64,000 nucleotides of DNA, taken from contig CAWDYW010000001.1 of NCBI GenBank assembly GCA_963806855.1, forward strand, positions 1,385,275-1,449,274, given 5' to 3'. How positions within the stretch are numbered: the first letter of the stretch is position 1; each line of letters opens with the position of its first letter. Position numbers and translations under genes: made by a program. The DNA comes from an uncultured Verrucomicrobiae bacterium (GTDB lineage: Bacteria > Chlamydiota > Chlamydiia > Chlamydiales > Rhabdochlamydiaceae). Shown here piece after piece: positions 9,093 to 18,934 of this stretch. Under the pieces are notes generated by a model. It was not told the origin of the DNA. It searched no databases and saw only the letters and a list, made by a program, of their open reading frames with translations.

Positions 9093-10217
9093 TGGGTTTA
9101 AATTTGAGATCCTCCATCAATCGAAAAAATCGGCAGCCCGCGTCGGGAAAATCCACACACCCCACGGCGTGATCGACACTCCCAACTTCGTCGCTGTCGG
9201 GACCAATGGGACAATCAAATCGCTCGATAGCGCCACCGTCAGTGAAATTGGCCTACAGCTGATGTTCTGCAACACCTACCACTTGCTACTGCAGCCTGGG
9301 ACCAAGATCGTCAAAGAGGCGGGCGGGTTGCACCAGTTCATCAATCGTAAAATGCCGATCATCACCGATTCGGGCGGCTTTCAGGTCTTTAGCCTTAGCC
9401 TACGGATCGGTTGCCAATGAACTGAAGAGCCGCGGGACGAAAAACAGCGGAGAACTGGTGCTCAAAATCAACGAGGAAGGGGTTTTATTTCGCTCCTATC
9501 GGGATGGCTCGAAATATCTCCTCACACCCGAGAGCTCAGTCCAAGCGCAAAAAGATCTCGGCGCCGACATCATCATCCCCTTCGACGAATTGCCCCCCTA
9601 TCATATCGAAAAAGAGGCGCTCCAGCTCTCGATTGCCCGCACACACCGCTGGGAAGAGCGCTCTCTTGCCGCCCACCTCAATGATCGCAATAACCAGGCC
9701 ATGTATGCGGTGATCCACGGAGGGATTAACCTCGATCTGCGGCGCCAAAGCTGCGAACACTTAACAAAACTCGATTTTGATGGATATGCCATCGGAGGCA
9801 GCATGGGGAAGACGAAGGAGGAGATGTATGCGATCCTCTCCCACACCTTGCCGCTGCTGCCAAGAAAAGCCTAACCACTTGCTTGGAATCGGCGACCTTG
9901 GATCGATCGACAAGGGAATTGCCCTCGGGATCGACACCTTTGATAGCTCCTATCCGACAAAAGCAGCGCGCCACGGGGTCGCCCTCACCTGGCAGGGGCC
10001 GTTAAATCTGACCCGCGCCGAAAATGCAAGCACCTTCACGCCGATCGACAAAAATTGCACCTGTCCAACCTGTCGGCAATTCAACCTCGCCTACCTCCAC
10101 CACCTCTTCAAAGCCAAGGAACTCACCGCGCTGACACTCGCGACGATTCACAATCTCCACTTCATGGTCGAGTACATGGCCGCGATGCGCGAAAAGATTG
10201 CGAATGATCAAATTTAA
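9085..10217 (+). CDS. tgt: tRNA-guanine transglycosylase (two compensating frameshifts, ~9397 and ~9865)
   Basis: ARVGKIHTPHG, NTYHL, TDSGGFQVFSL, HLLGIG, DTFDS, CTCPTC..H zinc site across ORFs 9085..9420, 9458..9874 and 9777..10217. Confidence 0.92.
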
Positions 10218-13200
10218 AAGAAAACTATACGAATTGAGACTTGAGGCTGATCTTTATTCTTTGGTTCCTCTTGAAAGTCTTTAATTATTCGATCTAATTC
10301 TTTGTCATATGAGCCATCTAAAGATATTCTTAGCCCGCATCTTTTAAGACCAGCCAAACGATTTAGATAATCGCGCATACCCTCTCTTGCCTTACTTGCT
10401 CCATGGAGATAAATTTTGATTTGACATTTTTTAAGATGGGGTCCTTGGAAAACTTGCAACATTTCTCTTTCTGAATCAGATGCCATCTCCATCATCGGTC
10501 TAAAGTCACTGCCTGGTGCGGGATCTACAAGAGATTGTATGTCGCTTACATTTGGACAGTTGTCTTGATATTCAAGGGTTAATTCTTCCAGCTGGTGGTT
10601 GCTGCTAACAATATATTTTAAACAGTCTTTTTTCTTAGCATCAATTTCTAGGGTTTTACAATGAGTGAGGTTGGAGAAAAGGGACGCAACGGGATCGGCT
10701 GCCACATAACTACTCCAAAGACTAGCTAAAATACCTGCCTGTTCAGCTTCCTTTTCTAAAGCTTCAACATTTAAATTCAGCAGTACTCCTTTAGGGGGCA
10801 AATTTCTGAGAAATTCAAAAGCAGGAGCCTCTTCTAGGTACTGCATATCAACAAAAAGATAAGTACGTCTTATTGTAGTTGGAATTTTTAATCCTCGTAG
10901 CCCTTGCCAGGCCGATTTGTCTCTAGGGCATATTGTCAACCACTCTAGTCGCTTAAGAGCAGCTAATGGGAGAGACTCTAGAGATGAGACTTTGCTATTG
11001 AGATAAAGGGTTAGGTGATGAAGGTTAGGACAGGCCTGAGCAACTTGCATCCAAGGGTTTTCCACACCATCAGCATCCGTTTCAACATCAATATGAAGTC
11101 TACTGCAATCGGCGCCGACGGCCTTCAATAGCCTCAAAGGTCTGGGTTGAAATGAGGAGAGGCGTACCTGGCTAGAGTATCTGTTTTGTTCGAATTTAAC
11201 CATTTTCTTGCCGCAATACCTTGACGAGCACTTGTTGAAAAATGAATCACAACCGACTGAAAGAGCCCATGAGGCTGCAGTAAGTAAAGTCTCTTCAGGA
11301 AATAAAGGTGCCAGAGAACGGAGCTCTGCGGCACGTGTCTTCATCGGCTCATGTTCATCATTAAAAATGCCTTTTTGTAATTGCTGCAGCGCAAGAAAAT
11401 GTGCTGCCGGAAGAGACCTTGCCTCCTCCTCAGATATGAGTGGAGCTTTATTCTTGCTCAAGACTTTTTCTAAGAGTTCTATAGCCCAAGCTGCACTATC
11501 AATAGGGATCGTTTCAAACTCACTTCCCATTTTTCCGTCTGTTAATATTTGACGACAACTTTCCATTTTCAGCAGTAAATGAAGAGGCAGTTGAAGAATA
11601 GTAGCGCCATACTCAACCCCCACTCTCAGAGTGCTTATAGAATGTGCTTTCTCTGGGAAAAATACGCGGCAATCTTCTAGAGATTTCTTGAGCAGTTCAA
11701 CATTTACGGTTTTTTCCTTTATGCGCTCACTTATCATCATAGAGAGGGTTTTGAGTAGGTCCGGACATTCTTCTAGCGGAATATCCTGTTGTAATAAGAA
11801 ATGTAGAAAATGGGGCAGAGCCTTAGCAGATAATCCGAGTACCTCTTTGCCAGTTTGGTCTGATGCCATCCGCTCAAAAGCAGCAGCCTCTTCTTTAAGA
11901 GAGGTTGAACTTTCACCTTTTGTATAGTCCCGCGCATACTTCCAAAATTGGTTACCGAAATACTCGCTGTTGAGTTGTTTAAGAAGATGAGTCGATACAG
12001 AGTCGCTACACCTATTTAAAAGGAAAACAACATCAAAAGGGCTCCACCCTTTCAATTCATCATGCCACGATTTTTCCAGCCGCTCAAGACCGACAAGCTT
12101 TTCTTCTAGCTCCTCTTTCTCTTTTGTAAGCCCTAGCTCACAGCAGCAACAGACTCCGCAAAGAAGCATGAGACCTGGCTGGGATTCCTCGTTTACTCGT
12201 AGTTCAACTTTAGATAAGCGATCATTATCCTTTAGGATTTTTAATACTCTTAGGCCTGATTGAAGACTTGCAAAAGGAGGTAGCTCTTTCATAGAAATTG
12301 CAACGGAGTACTGCTGTCCTTCTTTTTTAATAGAGAAAATCGGGTTCTTTTTTAGCCAGAAGATGACGTGGTCTTCAAGTTCCTGGCACGAAGTGCTACA
12401 TACGATCTCAGCGAGTGCAGCGATGGTCCCTGGAGTGTCATCACAGTTCTTAATGATGGCATAGGCAATTTCATCCTTTGTCTTATCAAAATCTCTTGCC
12501 CCAAAGTAATCAGCACCCTGCAGTATCCCGATCAATAGATCAAGAGAAAGGGAGCCGATCTCTATTTCTCTGCCTTTGATCCAAAGATCATAAAGAAGAA
12601 AAAACGTCTTGGCTATATGACCTTCTAAAATGACTTTCTCCGTGTTCATACCAGACATCAAGAGGGTTCGAATATAGTCACTTTCAGCAAAAAGAGGCCA
12701 TATAGAAACTGGAAAGCACCCAATACCTTGCAATTCTACCTGTATACTGTCCTGTTTCATACGCTGGTTCAGCTCAAACGACTCCTCCGCAAATTTGACA
12801 AGGTCTTTACAGTGGCTGGCCTCGAGCTCTCCACTCTTCAATCGATCTAGCAATAAACCAAACAGCTCAACGTGAAGAGGGCTAGCCGTCTTACCTTCAT
12901 TATGAACAAATAAAAAGAAGCGGTAGAGTGTCTGCAACGATAGATTTGCTTTTTCTGCTGCAAACGACCCTGCGATCATTCTGTTAAAGCGATCAAATTC
13001 TGCTGCAACCTGTTCACTTGAAAAGGATTCAGGAAGGGTGTCGCGAAATCTCCTAGGCTGAGCTGCCAGCTGTTGAGAAAAGAGGGGCTCCTTGTTAGCT
13101 GGCCAAATAGTTGCCAGTTGATAGAGTGTTCTTATGTTCAGGATAGGCTGTGATGTCTCGATTCGACTGAAAAGGAGCTCTTTATAGATCTTTTCCAACT

Positions 13201-13669
13201 CTGGGATATTGAGAAGAGTAATTACTCGATGGAGTTCAACAAAATTTTCTATGGAGATACAAACATTTTTTATTCTACGTAAATTAAGTAGTTCGCGAAA
13301 TGCATCATCGTTTAAAGAATCAACAAGCGCTGATTCTGTAGGAAAAGATTCAGGACAATAAAGCACATGCCATAACTTTGGAGAATTAAATAGAATCTCT
13401 GCAGATGAAACTCCATATCCCCGAAATCTGGTGTCCTTAGCGCTATATCGGAATCCCCTCTGAGATAAAATAGATATAACTCGTGTCCTGAGCTCTTCGG
13501 GGAGCTCTCCTCTTTTAGCGAGTTCTTTTAAAGATCTTTTGCTCTCTTTAAAGACCATGTAACTTACAGGGTCGGACAGATCCCTTTTTTGATGGGTAGC
13601 AAGGCGTTCGACCAATTCGATGGGAGATGGTGAGGCCGGCTTTTGAAGAGGATCCAAAGAAACGCTCAT
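10214..13669 (-). CDS. Large eukaryote-like protein with a BTB/POZ-like domain and C-terminal LRR-like region; candidate effector
   Basis: 1151-aa ORF; PLFAESDYIRTLLMSGM...LIGILQGADYF resembles BTB; CPNLHHLTL, LKRLEWLTI, LTHCKTLEI, QLEELTL are LRR-like. Confidence 0.65.
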   Translation of the reverse strand: MSVSLDPLQKPASPSPIELVERLATHQKRDLSDPVSYMVFKESKRSLKELAKRGELPEELRTRVISILSQRGFRYSAKDTRFRGYGVSSAEILFNSPKLWHVLYCPESFPTESALVDSLNDDAFRELLNLRRIKNVCISIENFVELHRVITLLNIPELEKIYKELLFSRIETSQPILNIRTLYQLATIWPANKEPLFSQQLAAQPRRFRDTLPESFSSEQVAAEFDRFNRMIAGSFAAEKANLSLQTLYRFFLFVHNEGKTASPLHVELFGLLLDRLKSGELEASHCKDLVKFAEESFELNQRMKQDSIQVELQGIGCFPVSIWPLFAESDYIRTLLMSGMNTEKVILEGHIAKTFFLLYDLWIKGREIEIGSLSLDLLIGILQGADYFGARDFDKTKDEIAYAIIKNCDDTPGTIAALAEIVCSTSCQELEDHVIFWLKKNPIFSIKKEGQQYSVAISMKELPPFASLQSGLRVLKILKDNDRLSKVELRVNEESQPGLMLLCGVCCCCELGLTKEKEELEEKLVGLERLEKSWHDELKGWSPFDVVFLLNRCSDSVSTHLLKQLNSEYFGNQFWKYARDYTKGESSTSLKEEAAAFERMASDQTGKEVLGLSAKALPHFLHFLLQQDIPLEECPDLLKTLSMMISERIKEKTVNVELLKKSLEDCRVFFPEKAHSISTLRVGVEYGATILQLPLHLLLKMESCRQILTDGKMGSEFETIPIDSAAWAIELLEKVLSKNKAPLISEEEARSLPAAHFLALQQLQKGIFNDEHEPMKTRAAELRSLAPLFPEETLLTAASWALSVGCDSFFNKCSSRYCGKKMVKFEQNRYSSQVRLSSFQPRPLRLLKAVGADCSRLHIDVETDADGVENPWMQVAQACPNLHHLTLYLNSKVSSLESLPLAALKRLEWLTICPRDKSAWQGLRGLKIPTTIRRTYLFVDMQYLEEAPAFEFLRNLPPKGVLLNLNVEALEKEAEQAGILASLWSSYVAADPVASLFSNLTHCKTLEIDAKKKDCLKYIVSSNHQLEELTLEYQDNCPNVSDIQSLVDPAPGSDFRPMMEMASDSEREMLQVFQGPHLKKCQIKIYLHGASKAREGMRDYLNRLAGLKRCGLRISLDGSYDKELDRIIKDFQEEPKNKDQPQVSIRIVFF

Positions 13670-13816
13670 AAAAACCTCGTTTTAATTTGTTAAATTTTAA
13701 TGAGAGGCCTGCTTTTATTTCAATTTAATAAAATTTTTATGCCAGAAAAACTTTGTCGCTCTCATCAAAAAAAATTCTATCTAGAAATAGCATTCTGCAA
13801 TTATACGTAAGTTTGT

Positions 13817-14743
13817 ATGACGCGGAAATATTTTTTGCCAGGTATTGCAATATTAGGTGCGATCATTGCTCTGATTATTTCATTTTGGAGTATGAAAAAA
13901 GAGCCGGTTCCTGCTATTCCATTTCCTCCACCGAAATCTCCTTATGTTTATGCCATTGCCGGAGAAGGGATCATCGAATCTTCTTCCAATAACATTGCGG
14001 TTGGCTCTCCTTTTAACGAAATCATCACCAAAATTTTCGTCGTCGAAGGGAACCATGTGAAGAAAGGGGATCCCCTATTTCAGCTCGATACGCGCTATTA
14101 TGAGGCACAGGCCGAGACAGCTCGCAGCCAAATTAGCGCAGCTCAGGTAAATCTAGAGAATTTGAAGAAGCAATTTAGCTTTTATCAAAGGCTAAACGAT
14201 AAAAGAGCAGTCAGCGAGCAGCAATATGACCAAACCTATTATGCCTTTAAAGAGGGAGAAGAGCAGCTCAAGGTCGCCATTTCGCAGCTGGGCGAGGTAG
14301 AAGCCAATATTGAAAGATCGCTTATCCGCGCACCGATCGATGGAGAGATTTTACAGGTCAATATTCATTTGGGAGAGGTGGCCCCCAATATCAACGTGGT
14401 GAATCCGCAGACGATCACTCCCTATTCGGCGACTCAATACCCTTTGATCATGATGGGTGATGTGCAACCGCTGCACTTAAGGATCGATATCGATGAGGTC
14501 GATGCCTGGCGATACAAAGAGGGGGCTCCCGGTGTCGCCTTTGTCCGAGGCAATAGCAATATTCAATTTCCACTGAAATTTGTCCGTGTTGAACCTTATA
14601 TCATCCCTAAGGCCTCTTTCACTGGCCAGGTAGGAGAGAGAATTGATATGCGCGTTTTGCAACTGATCTATCAATTTGACAAAGGGAAACTACCGGTCTA
14701 CACAGGTCAAGTGGTCGATGTGTATATTAAGGCTGGAGCATAA
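13817..14743 (+). CDS. Efflux periplasmic adaptor (HlyD/MFP family)
   Basis: N-terminal TM, VVEGNHVKKGDPLFQLD lipoyl-like motif, coiled coil, IRAPIDGEIL. Confidence 0.9.
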   Translation: MTRKYFLPGIAILGAIIALIISFWSMKKEPVPAIPFPPPKSPYVYAIAGEGIIESSSNNIAVGSPFNEIITKIFVVEGNHVKKGDPLFQLDTRYYEAQAETARSQISAAQVNLENLKKQFSFYQRLNDKRAVSEQQYDQTYYAFKEGEEQLKVAISQLGEVEANIERSLIRAPIDGEILQVNIHLGEVAPNINVVNPQTITPYSATQYPLIMMGDVQPLHLRIDIDEVDAWRYKEGAPGVAFVRGNSNIQFPLKFVRVEPYIIPKASFTGQVGERIDMRVLQLIYQFDKGKLPVYTGQVVDVYIKAGA

Positions 14744-14746
14744 TCG

Positions 14747-16213
14747 GTGAAAAAGATCGCCCTATTACTCCTATTGGCTGGATGCATGGTGGGCCCAGAC
14801 TACAATGTGCCCCAGACCTGCGTTCCGGTCACATTTGTCGAGTCTTCGAGTGACAGTAGCTCTTCCGATGATCTTTGCCACTGGTGGGAGCAACTCGATG
14901 ACCCCCATCTCAATTGTCTTTTGAACGAGGCCGTCCAAGGCAACTTTGATTTTGGCATTGCCCTTGAAAAAATCGTTCAGGCGCGTGCCCAATTTCGTGT
15001 GGAAGCCTCCTACCTTTGGCCCGAGATCGATCTCAATGCCACCGCAACAAGAACTCGGAATAGCCAGAATTTTTTTAGTTCTGCATCATCAACAGCATCC
15101 ACCTCAACCACTGGAGCGACGAGCAGCCTTCCTCTTTATCAAAATTTTTTCCTCCTCGGCTTTGATGCGATTTGGGAATTGGATTTTTGGGGAAAATTTA
15201 GGCGGGCGAAACGGGCTGCTTACGACCAGTGGCAGGCCTCCTTTGAAGATGCCCAGAATGTGTTGATCATGATTTTAAGCGAAGTGGCGATGAATTATGT
15301 GAGCATTCGGTCTTTGCAACAAAAAGTCGATTTGACCAGGAGAAAAATTGGGGCCGATGAGCGGGAAATTGCCCTCACTCAAGATCTTTTTCAATCGGGA
15401 ATCGACAGCGAAATTCAATTAGACACCTTGATCGCCACAGTAGAAAGCGACAGAGCGACGCTCCCCGTTTTAGAAGCTTCTCTTAAGCAGACCATCTATG
15501 CGCTGGCTGTTCTATTAGGAAGACAGCCCGAGTGTCTCGTTCAGGAATTTGAAGAGATAAAGCCAATCCCTAAAGGCAATGACAGAATCCCCATCGGCCT
15601 CCCTTCGGATCTGCTTCGGCGCCGACATGACATTAAGGAGGCGGAGCGCATGCTCGCCGCTGCCACTGAGCAGATCGGGGTCGCTGTGGCCGATCTCTTT
15701 CCCCATATCTCCTTAACAGGGACGACAGTTGCCGGAGGTTCTCTCATTGGATCGGGGATTGGCTGGGAAAGCAATAAACTGAGCAATCTGTTTAACCCCT
15801 TGAGCAAAACATGGAGCATCGGACCCAATATCCGGTGGGATTTAATTGACTTTGGCAGGACGAGGGGGAATATCGCCATTCAGAATTCGCTGCAGAGACA
15901 AGCTTTTTTAAGTTATGAGAAGACAGTGATCACAGCTCTGCAAGATGTGGAAGGGGCGCTCGCTGCTTATTTCCAAGAACAGAAGCGGAACGTTTTTTTA
16001 AAGGATCAAGCAAGTGCCGACCGGAGAGTGTTCGAGCTGACAGAAGATCTCTTTCAGTCGGGACTGGCCAGTGAAATCCAGCTGATAGAATCTTTGAGAA
16101 CCTGGATCAATTCGGAAAATTCATTTCTCGATAGCGAGCAATCACTCACAAGTGATCTCATCGCTGTCTATAAAGCACTAGGGGGAAATTGGGAATGCTC
16201 CTATACGCTATAA
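14747..16213 (+). CDS. Outer-membrane efflux lipoprotein (NodT/TolC family)
   Basis: Lipobox LLAGC, WELDFWG, PSDLLRRRHDI, VYKALGGNW. Confidence 0.92.
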   Translation: MKKIALLLLLAGCMVGPDYNVPQTCVPVTFVESSSDSSSSDDLCHWWEQLDDPHLNCLLNEAVQGNFDFGIALEKIVQARAQFRVEASYLWPEIDLNATATRTRNSQNFFSSASSTASTSTTGATSSLPLYQNFFLLGFDAIWELDFWGKFRRAKRAAYDQWQASFEDAQNVLIMILSEVAMNYVSIRSLQQKVDLTRRKIGADEREIALTQDLFQSGIDSEIQLDTLIATVESDRATLPVLEASLKQTIYALAVLLGRQPECLVQEFEEIKPIPKGNDRIPIGLPSDLLRRRHDIKEAERMLAAATEQIGVAVADLFPHISLTGTTVAGGSLIGSGIGWESNKLSNLFNPLSKTWSIGPNIRWDLIDFGRTRGNIAIQNSLQRQAFLSYEKTVITALQDVEGALAAYFQEQKRNVFLKDQASADRRVFELTEDLFQSGLASEIQLIESLRTWINSENSFLDSEQSLTSDLIAVYKALGGNWECSYTL

Positions 16214-17334
16214 AGATGTTAGTTGGCGACCGGGCCAAATACATCGGGATTATCATCGGCCTGAGCTTTGCCGCCTTCATCATCTCTCAGCAGGGGGCGA
16301 TTTTTCTTGGCATATTAAAGCGGACCTCTGGCTTTGTGACTGATACCTCGCAGCCCAATGTGTGGGTCACCGATCCTTCTATCCAGTACATCGATGACAT
16401 CAAAGGGTTCAAAGAAACGGCTCTTTATCGGGTCCGAGGGGTCGAGGGAGTCAAGTGGGCTGTTCCGATGTTTAAAGGGTCAATTCCAGCGCGCCTACGG
16501 AATGGGATCTACCAAACCTGCATCTTTATTGGGATCGACGATGCAACCCTCATTGGAGGTCCACCCAAAATGGTGGAAGGAAAGATCGAGGATCTGCGGA
16601 TCCCCGACGCGGTGATTGTCAATCGAGTGGGAGCGACAACGAAACTCGCCTTTAATGGGGTTCCCCTTCGCCTAGGAGATGACATGGAACTCAACGACAA
16701 CCGAGCCTATGTGGCAGGCATTTGCGAAACTTCCCGCACCTTTCAATCACAACCCGTCGTTTACACCACCTTTGACCGGGCCCTCACCTTTGCCCCGCGG
16801 GAGCGCGATCTTCTCTCCTTTGTCTTGGTCAAATCTAAACCAGGCGTCGATCCAGATGTCCTTGCCAAAAGAATTCAAGCCGATACCGGACTTGCCGCCT
16901 TCACTACTTCAGGATTTCGAAAGCTGACCCTTTGGTACTACTTTAAATACACCGGGATCTTCATCAACTTTGGAGTCGCCATCATCCTTGGATTCATCAT
17001 TGGAATCGCCATTGCCGGCCAAACCTTTTACAATTTCACCATCGACAATCTCCCCTATTTCGGAGTCTATAAAGCGATGGGAGCCGACAATCGGCTATTA
17101 GAACGGATGATCATCATCCAGGCACTCATGGTGAGCGCGATCGGTTGGGGGATCGGCATCGGCGCTGCGGCAATATTTGGCTATGCTTTCCGCAACACCG
17201 AACTCTCCTTTAATATGCCCTTTTATCTTTACATCCTCAGCGGTCTTGCGATGCTGACGATCTGTCTCCTTGCCGCTTTGGTGAGCATTCGAAAAGTGAG
17301 ACGCCTTGATCCAGCCATTGTATTTAAGAGTTGA
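16195..17334 (+). CDS. ABC exporter permease (FtsX/DevC-like)
   Basis: N-terminal TM, large periplasmic domain, three C-terminal TMs, YKAMGA, LDPAIVF. Confidence 0.88.
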   Translation: MLLYAIKMLVGDRAKYIGIIIGLSFAAFIISQQGAIFLGILKRTSGFVTDTSQPNVWVTDPSIQYIDDIKGFKETALYRVRGVEGVKWAVPMFKGSIPARLRNGIYQTCIFIGIDDATLIGGPPKMVEGKIEDLRIPDAVIVNRVGATTKLAFNGVPLRLGDDMELNDNRAYVAGICETSRTFQSQPVVYTTFDRALTFAPRERDLLSFVLVKSKPGVDPDVLAKRIQADTGLAAFTTSGFRKLTLWYYFKYTGIFINFGVAIILGFIIGIAIAGQTFYNFTIDNLPYFGVYKAMGADNRLLERMIIIQALMVSAIGWGIGIGAAAIFGYAFRNTELSFNMPFYLYILSGLAMLTICLLAALVSIRKVRRLDPAIVFKS

Positions 17335-17672
17335 ACTCGACTTTGTACAATTTTTAGCGAGCAGATCTAGTGCTCTGTAAACTTAATTTTTGCACTTTGG
17401 GCTGACGTGAAAAACCCCGGGGTTGCGATGCTGCCAAGGGGGGTTGTATTGGCGACGGAATACTACCCCCCTTGGCAGCATCGCAACCGCGGGAGTTTTC
17501 ACGTCAGCCCAAAGTGCAAAAATTTAGTTTACAGAGCACTAGAGGAAGCGCTCGGCAAATTATTTATTTCTTCGCGAAATTCATAGCCGAAGGTACTATA
17601 AATGAGCGAAGAAATAAATAATTTGCCAGCGATTCTCTCGGAGATGCTGCTAAAAATTGTACAAAGTCGAGT
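17335..17672. mobile_element. Palindromic miniature element, type A (outer element), with TGA direct repeat
   Basis: Terminal IR actcgactttgtacaatttttagc / gctaaaaattgtacaaagtcgagt; flanked by TGA 17332-17334 and TGA 17673-17675; 166 bp after removing the inner element. Confidence 0.88.
17368..17541. mobile_element. Palindromic miniature element, type B, nested in type A
   Basis: TA-gtgctctgtaaact...agtttacagagcac-TA; ~80-bp near-perfect arms; removing it restores the outer palindrome. Confidence 0.9.
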
Positions 17673-17678
17673 TGACCT

Positions 17679-18368
17679 ATGCCAGATATAGCCGTCATTT
17701 GTAAGAACATTAAAAAAACCTATGGTGAAGGGGGTGCCAAAGTCGAGGCCCTGCGAGGTGTCGATCTCGAAGTCAAACAGGGCGAACTTCTCATCCTAAT
17801 GGGCCCGTCTGGCTCCGGAAAGACCACCCTCATTTCGATCATTGCAGGGATCCTCACACAGACCGAAGGGGAATGTTTAGTGTCTAATCTCAATCTAAAT
17901 CGGATGGAAGATCGAAAGAAAACCGAATATCGAGGAAAGCATATTGGATTTGTCTTTCAAATCTTCAACCTCATCCCGACGTTGACTTGCCAAGAAAACG
18001 TCTCTGTCCCCCTGCTGATCAATAAAGTCGACAAAGCCACCGCCCTCAAAAGAGCCGCTGATCTGCTTCAGCAAGTGGGAATCCCAGAGAAGCACGACGT
18101 CTATCCTCCGCAGCTCTCTGGCGGACAGCAGCAGAGAGTTGCAATCGCCAGGGCAATGATCCACAACCCCGATCTAATCGTCTGCGATGAGCCGACCAGC
18201 TATCTTGACCACGAGACCGGCATGAAAGTGATGGAACTGCTCCGCTCGATCGTGACCGATAGGGGGAAAACACTCATCATCGTCTCCCACGATGTCCGGA
18301 TCACAAAGTTTGCCGATCGGATCGTCCGTCTAGAAGATGGGAGAATTGTCAATCATAGCAGTAGTTGA
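17679..18368 (+). CDS. ABC transporter ATP-binding protein (LolD/MacB/DevA-like)
   Basis: GPSGSGKTT, LSGGQQQRVAIARA, CDEPT, SHD. Confidence 0.95.
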   Translation: MPDIAVICKNIKKTYGEGGAKVEALRGVDLEVKQGELLILMGPSGSGKTTLISIIAGILTQTEGECLVSNLNLNRMEDRKKTEYRGKHIGFVFQIFNLIPTLTCQENVSVPLLINKVDKATALKRAADLLQQVGIPEKHDVYPPQLSGGQQQRVAIARAMIHNPDLIVCDEPTSYLDHETGMKVMELLRSIVTDRGKTLIIVSHDVRITKFADRIVRLEDGRIVNHSSS

Positions 18369-18426
18369 TATATGGTAATCTCATCAGATAAATTACAATC
18401 CTTGGGCCTTTCACTTCGGTGGTTTA

Positions 18427-18687
18427 GTGCCGAATGAAGTTCCGGTTACAATGGAAGAAAAAGAGGGGGTCGTTACCTTTGAAATCCCTCTTGGACCTGA
18501 TCGAGTGATTAGAATTGAATTGCTCGCGCGGAAGGAAGAGGAGCAAATCGTTGAGGGCAGATACACAGTCAGCCCTATGACTAATAAAGAAACTGTGATT
18601 TTTCAAATCCAAGATGCGGGAAAATTATTGGCCCGCCCCACAGGTTCTCTTGCACGCAATGTCTGGATGCTCACCTCTAAAAAATGA
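18427..18687 (+). CDS. Small hypothetical protein
   Basis: 86-aa ORF with plausible composition; no recognisable motif. Confidence 0.5.
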   Translation: MPNEVPVTMEEKEGVVTFEIPLGPDRVIRIELLARKEEEQIVEGRYTVSPMTNKETVIFQIQDAGKLLARPTGSLARNVWMLTSKK

Positions 18688-18749
18688 AAGATTCGAATCT
18701 TCAGGTTGTTTCGATATAGTCGCTAAGCAAATTATTAAATTTACGAGTG

Positions 18750-18879
18750 GCGCTCGTATTTTGCATCAATTTAATTAGCAATGACTTAAATGTATTTTAC
18801 GAGCGCAGGTCGATAAAAATACGAGCGCGCTCGTATTTTGCATCAATTTAATTAGCAATGACTTAAACGTATTTTACGA
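18750..18879. repeat. 53-bp direct repeat x2 with a 24-bp perfect palindrome at the start of copy 2
   Basis: 18750-18802 and 18827-18879 differ at one base; aaaatacgagcgcgctcgtatttt at 18816-18839. Confidence 0.9.
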
Positions 18880-18934
18880 AGGCACATTGGCCCTACATAT
18901 ACTGATAGCTCAAAAAGGATAAAATGACCTCCTT

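Noticed and set aside
9380..9460. Programmed frameshift or intron in tgt
   Set aside because: A single extra base explains the break, there is no slippery heptamer, and similar indels occur across the window
18750..18879. CRISPR array
   Set aside because: Only two 53-bp repeats, the intervening 24 bp is itself repeat-derived, and there are no cas genes in the window
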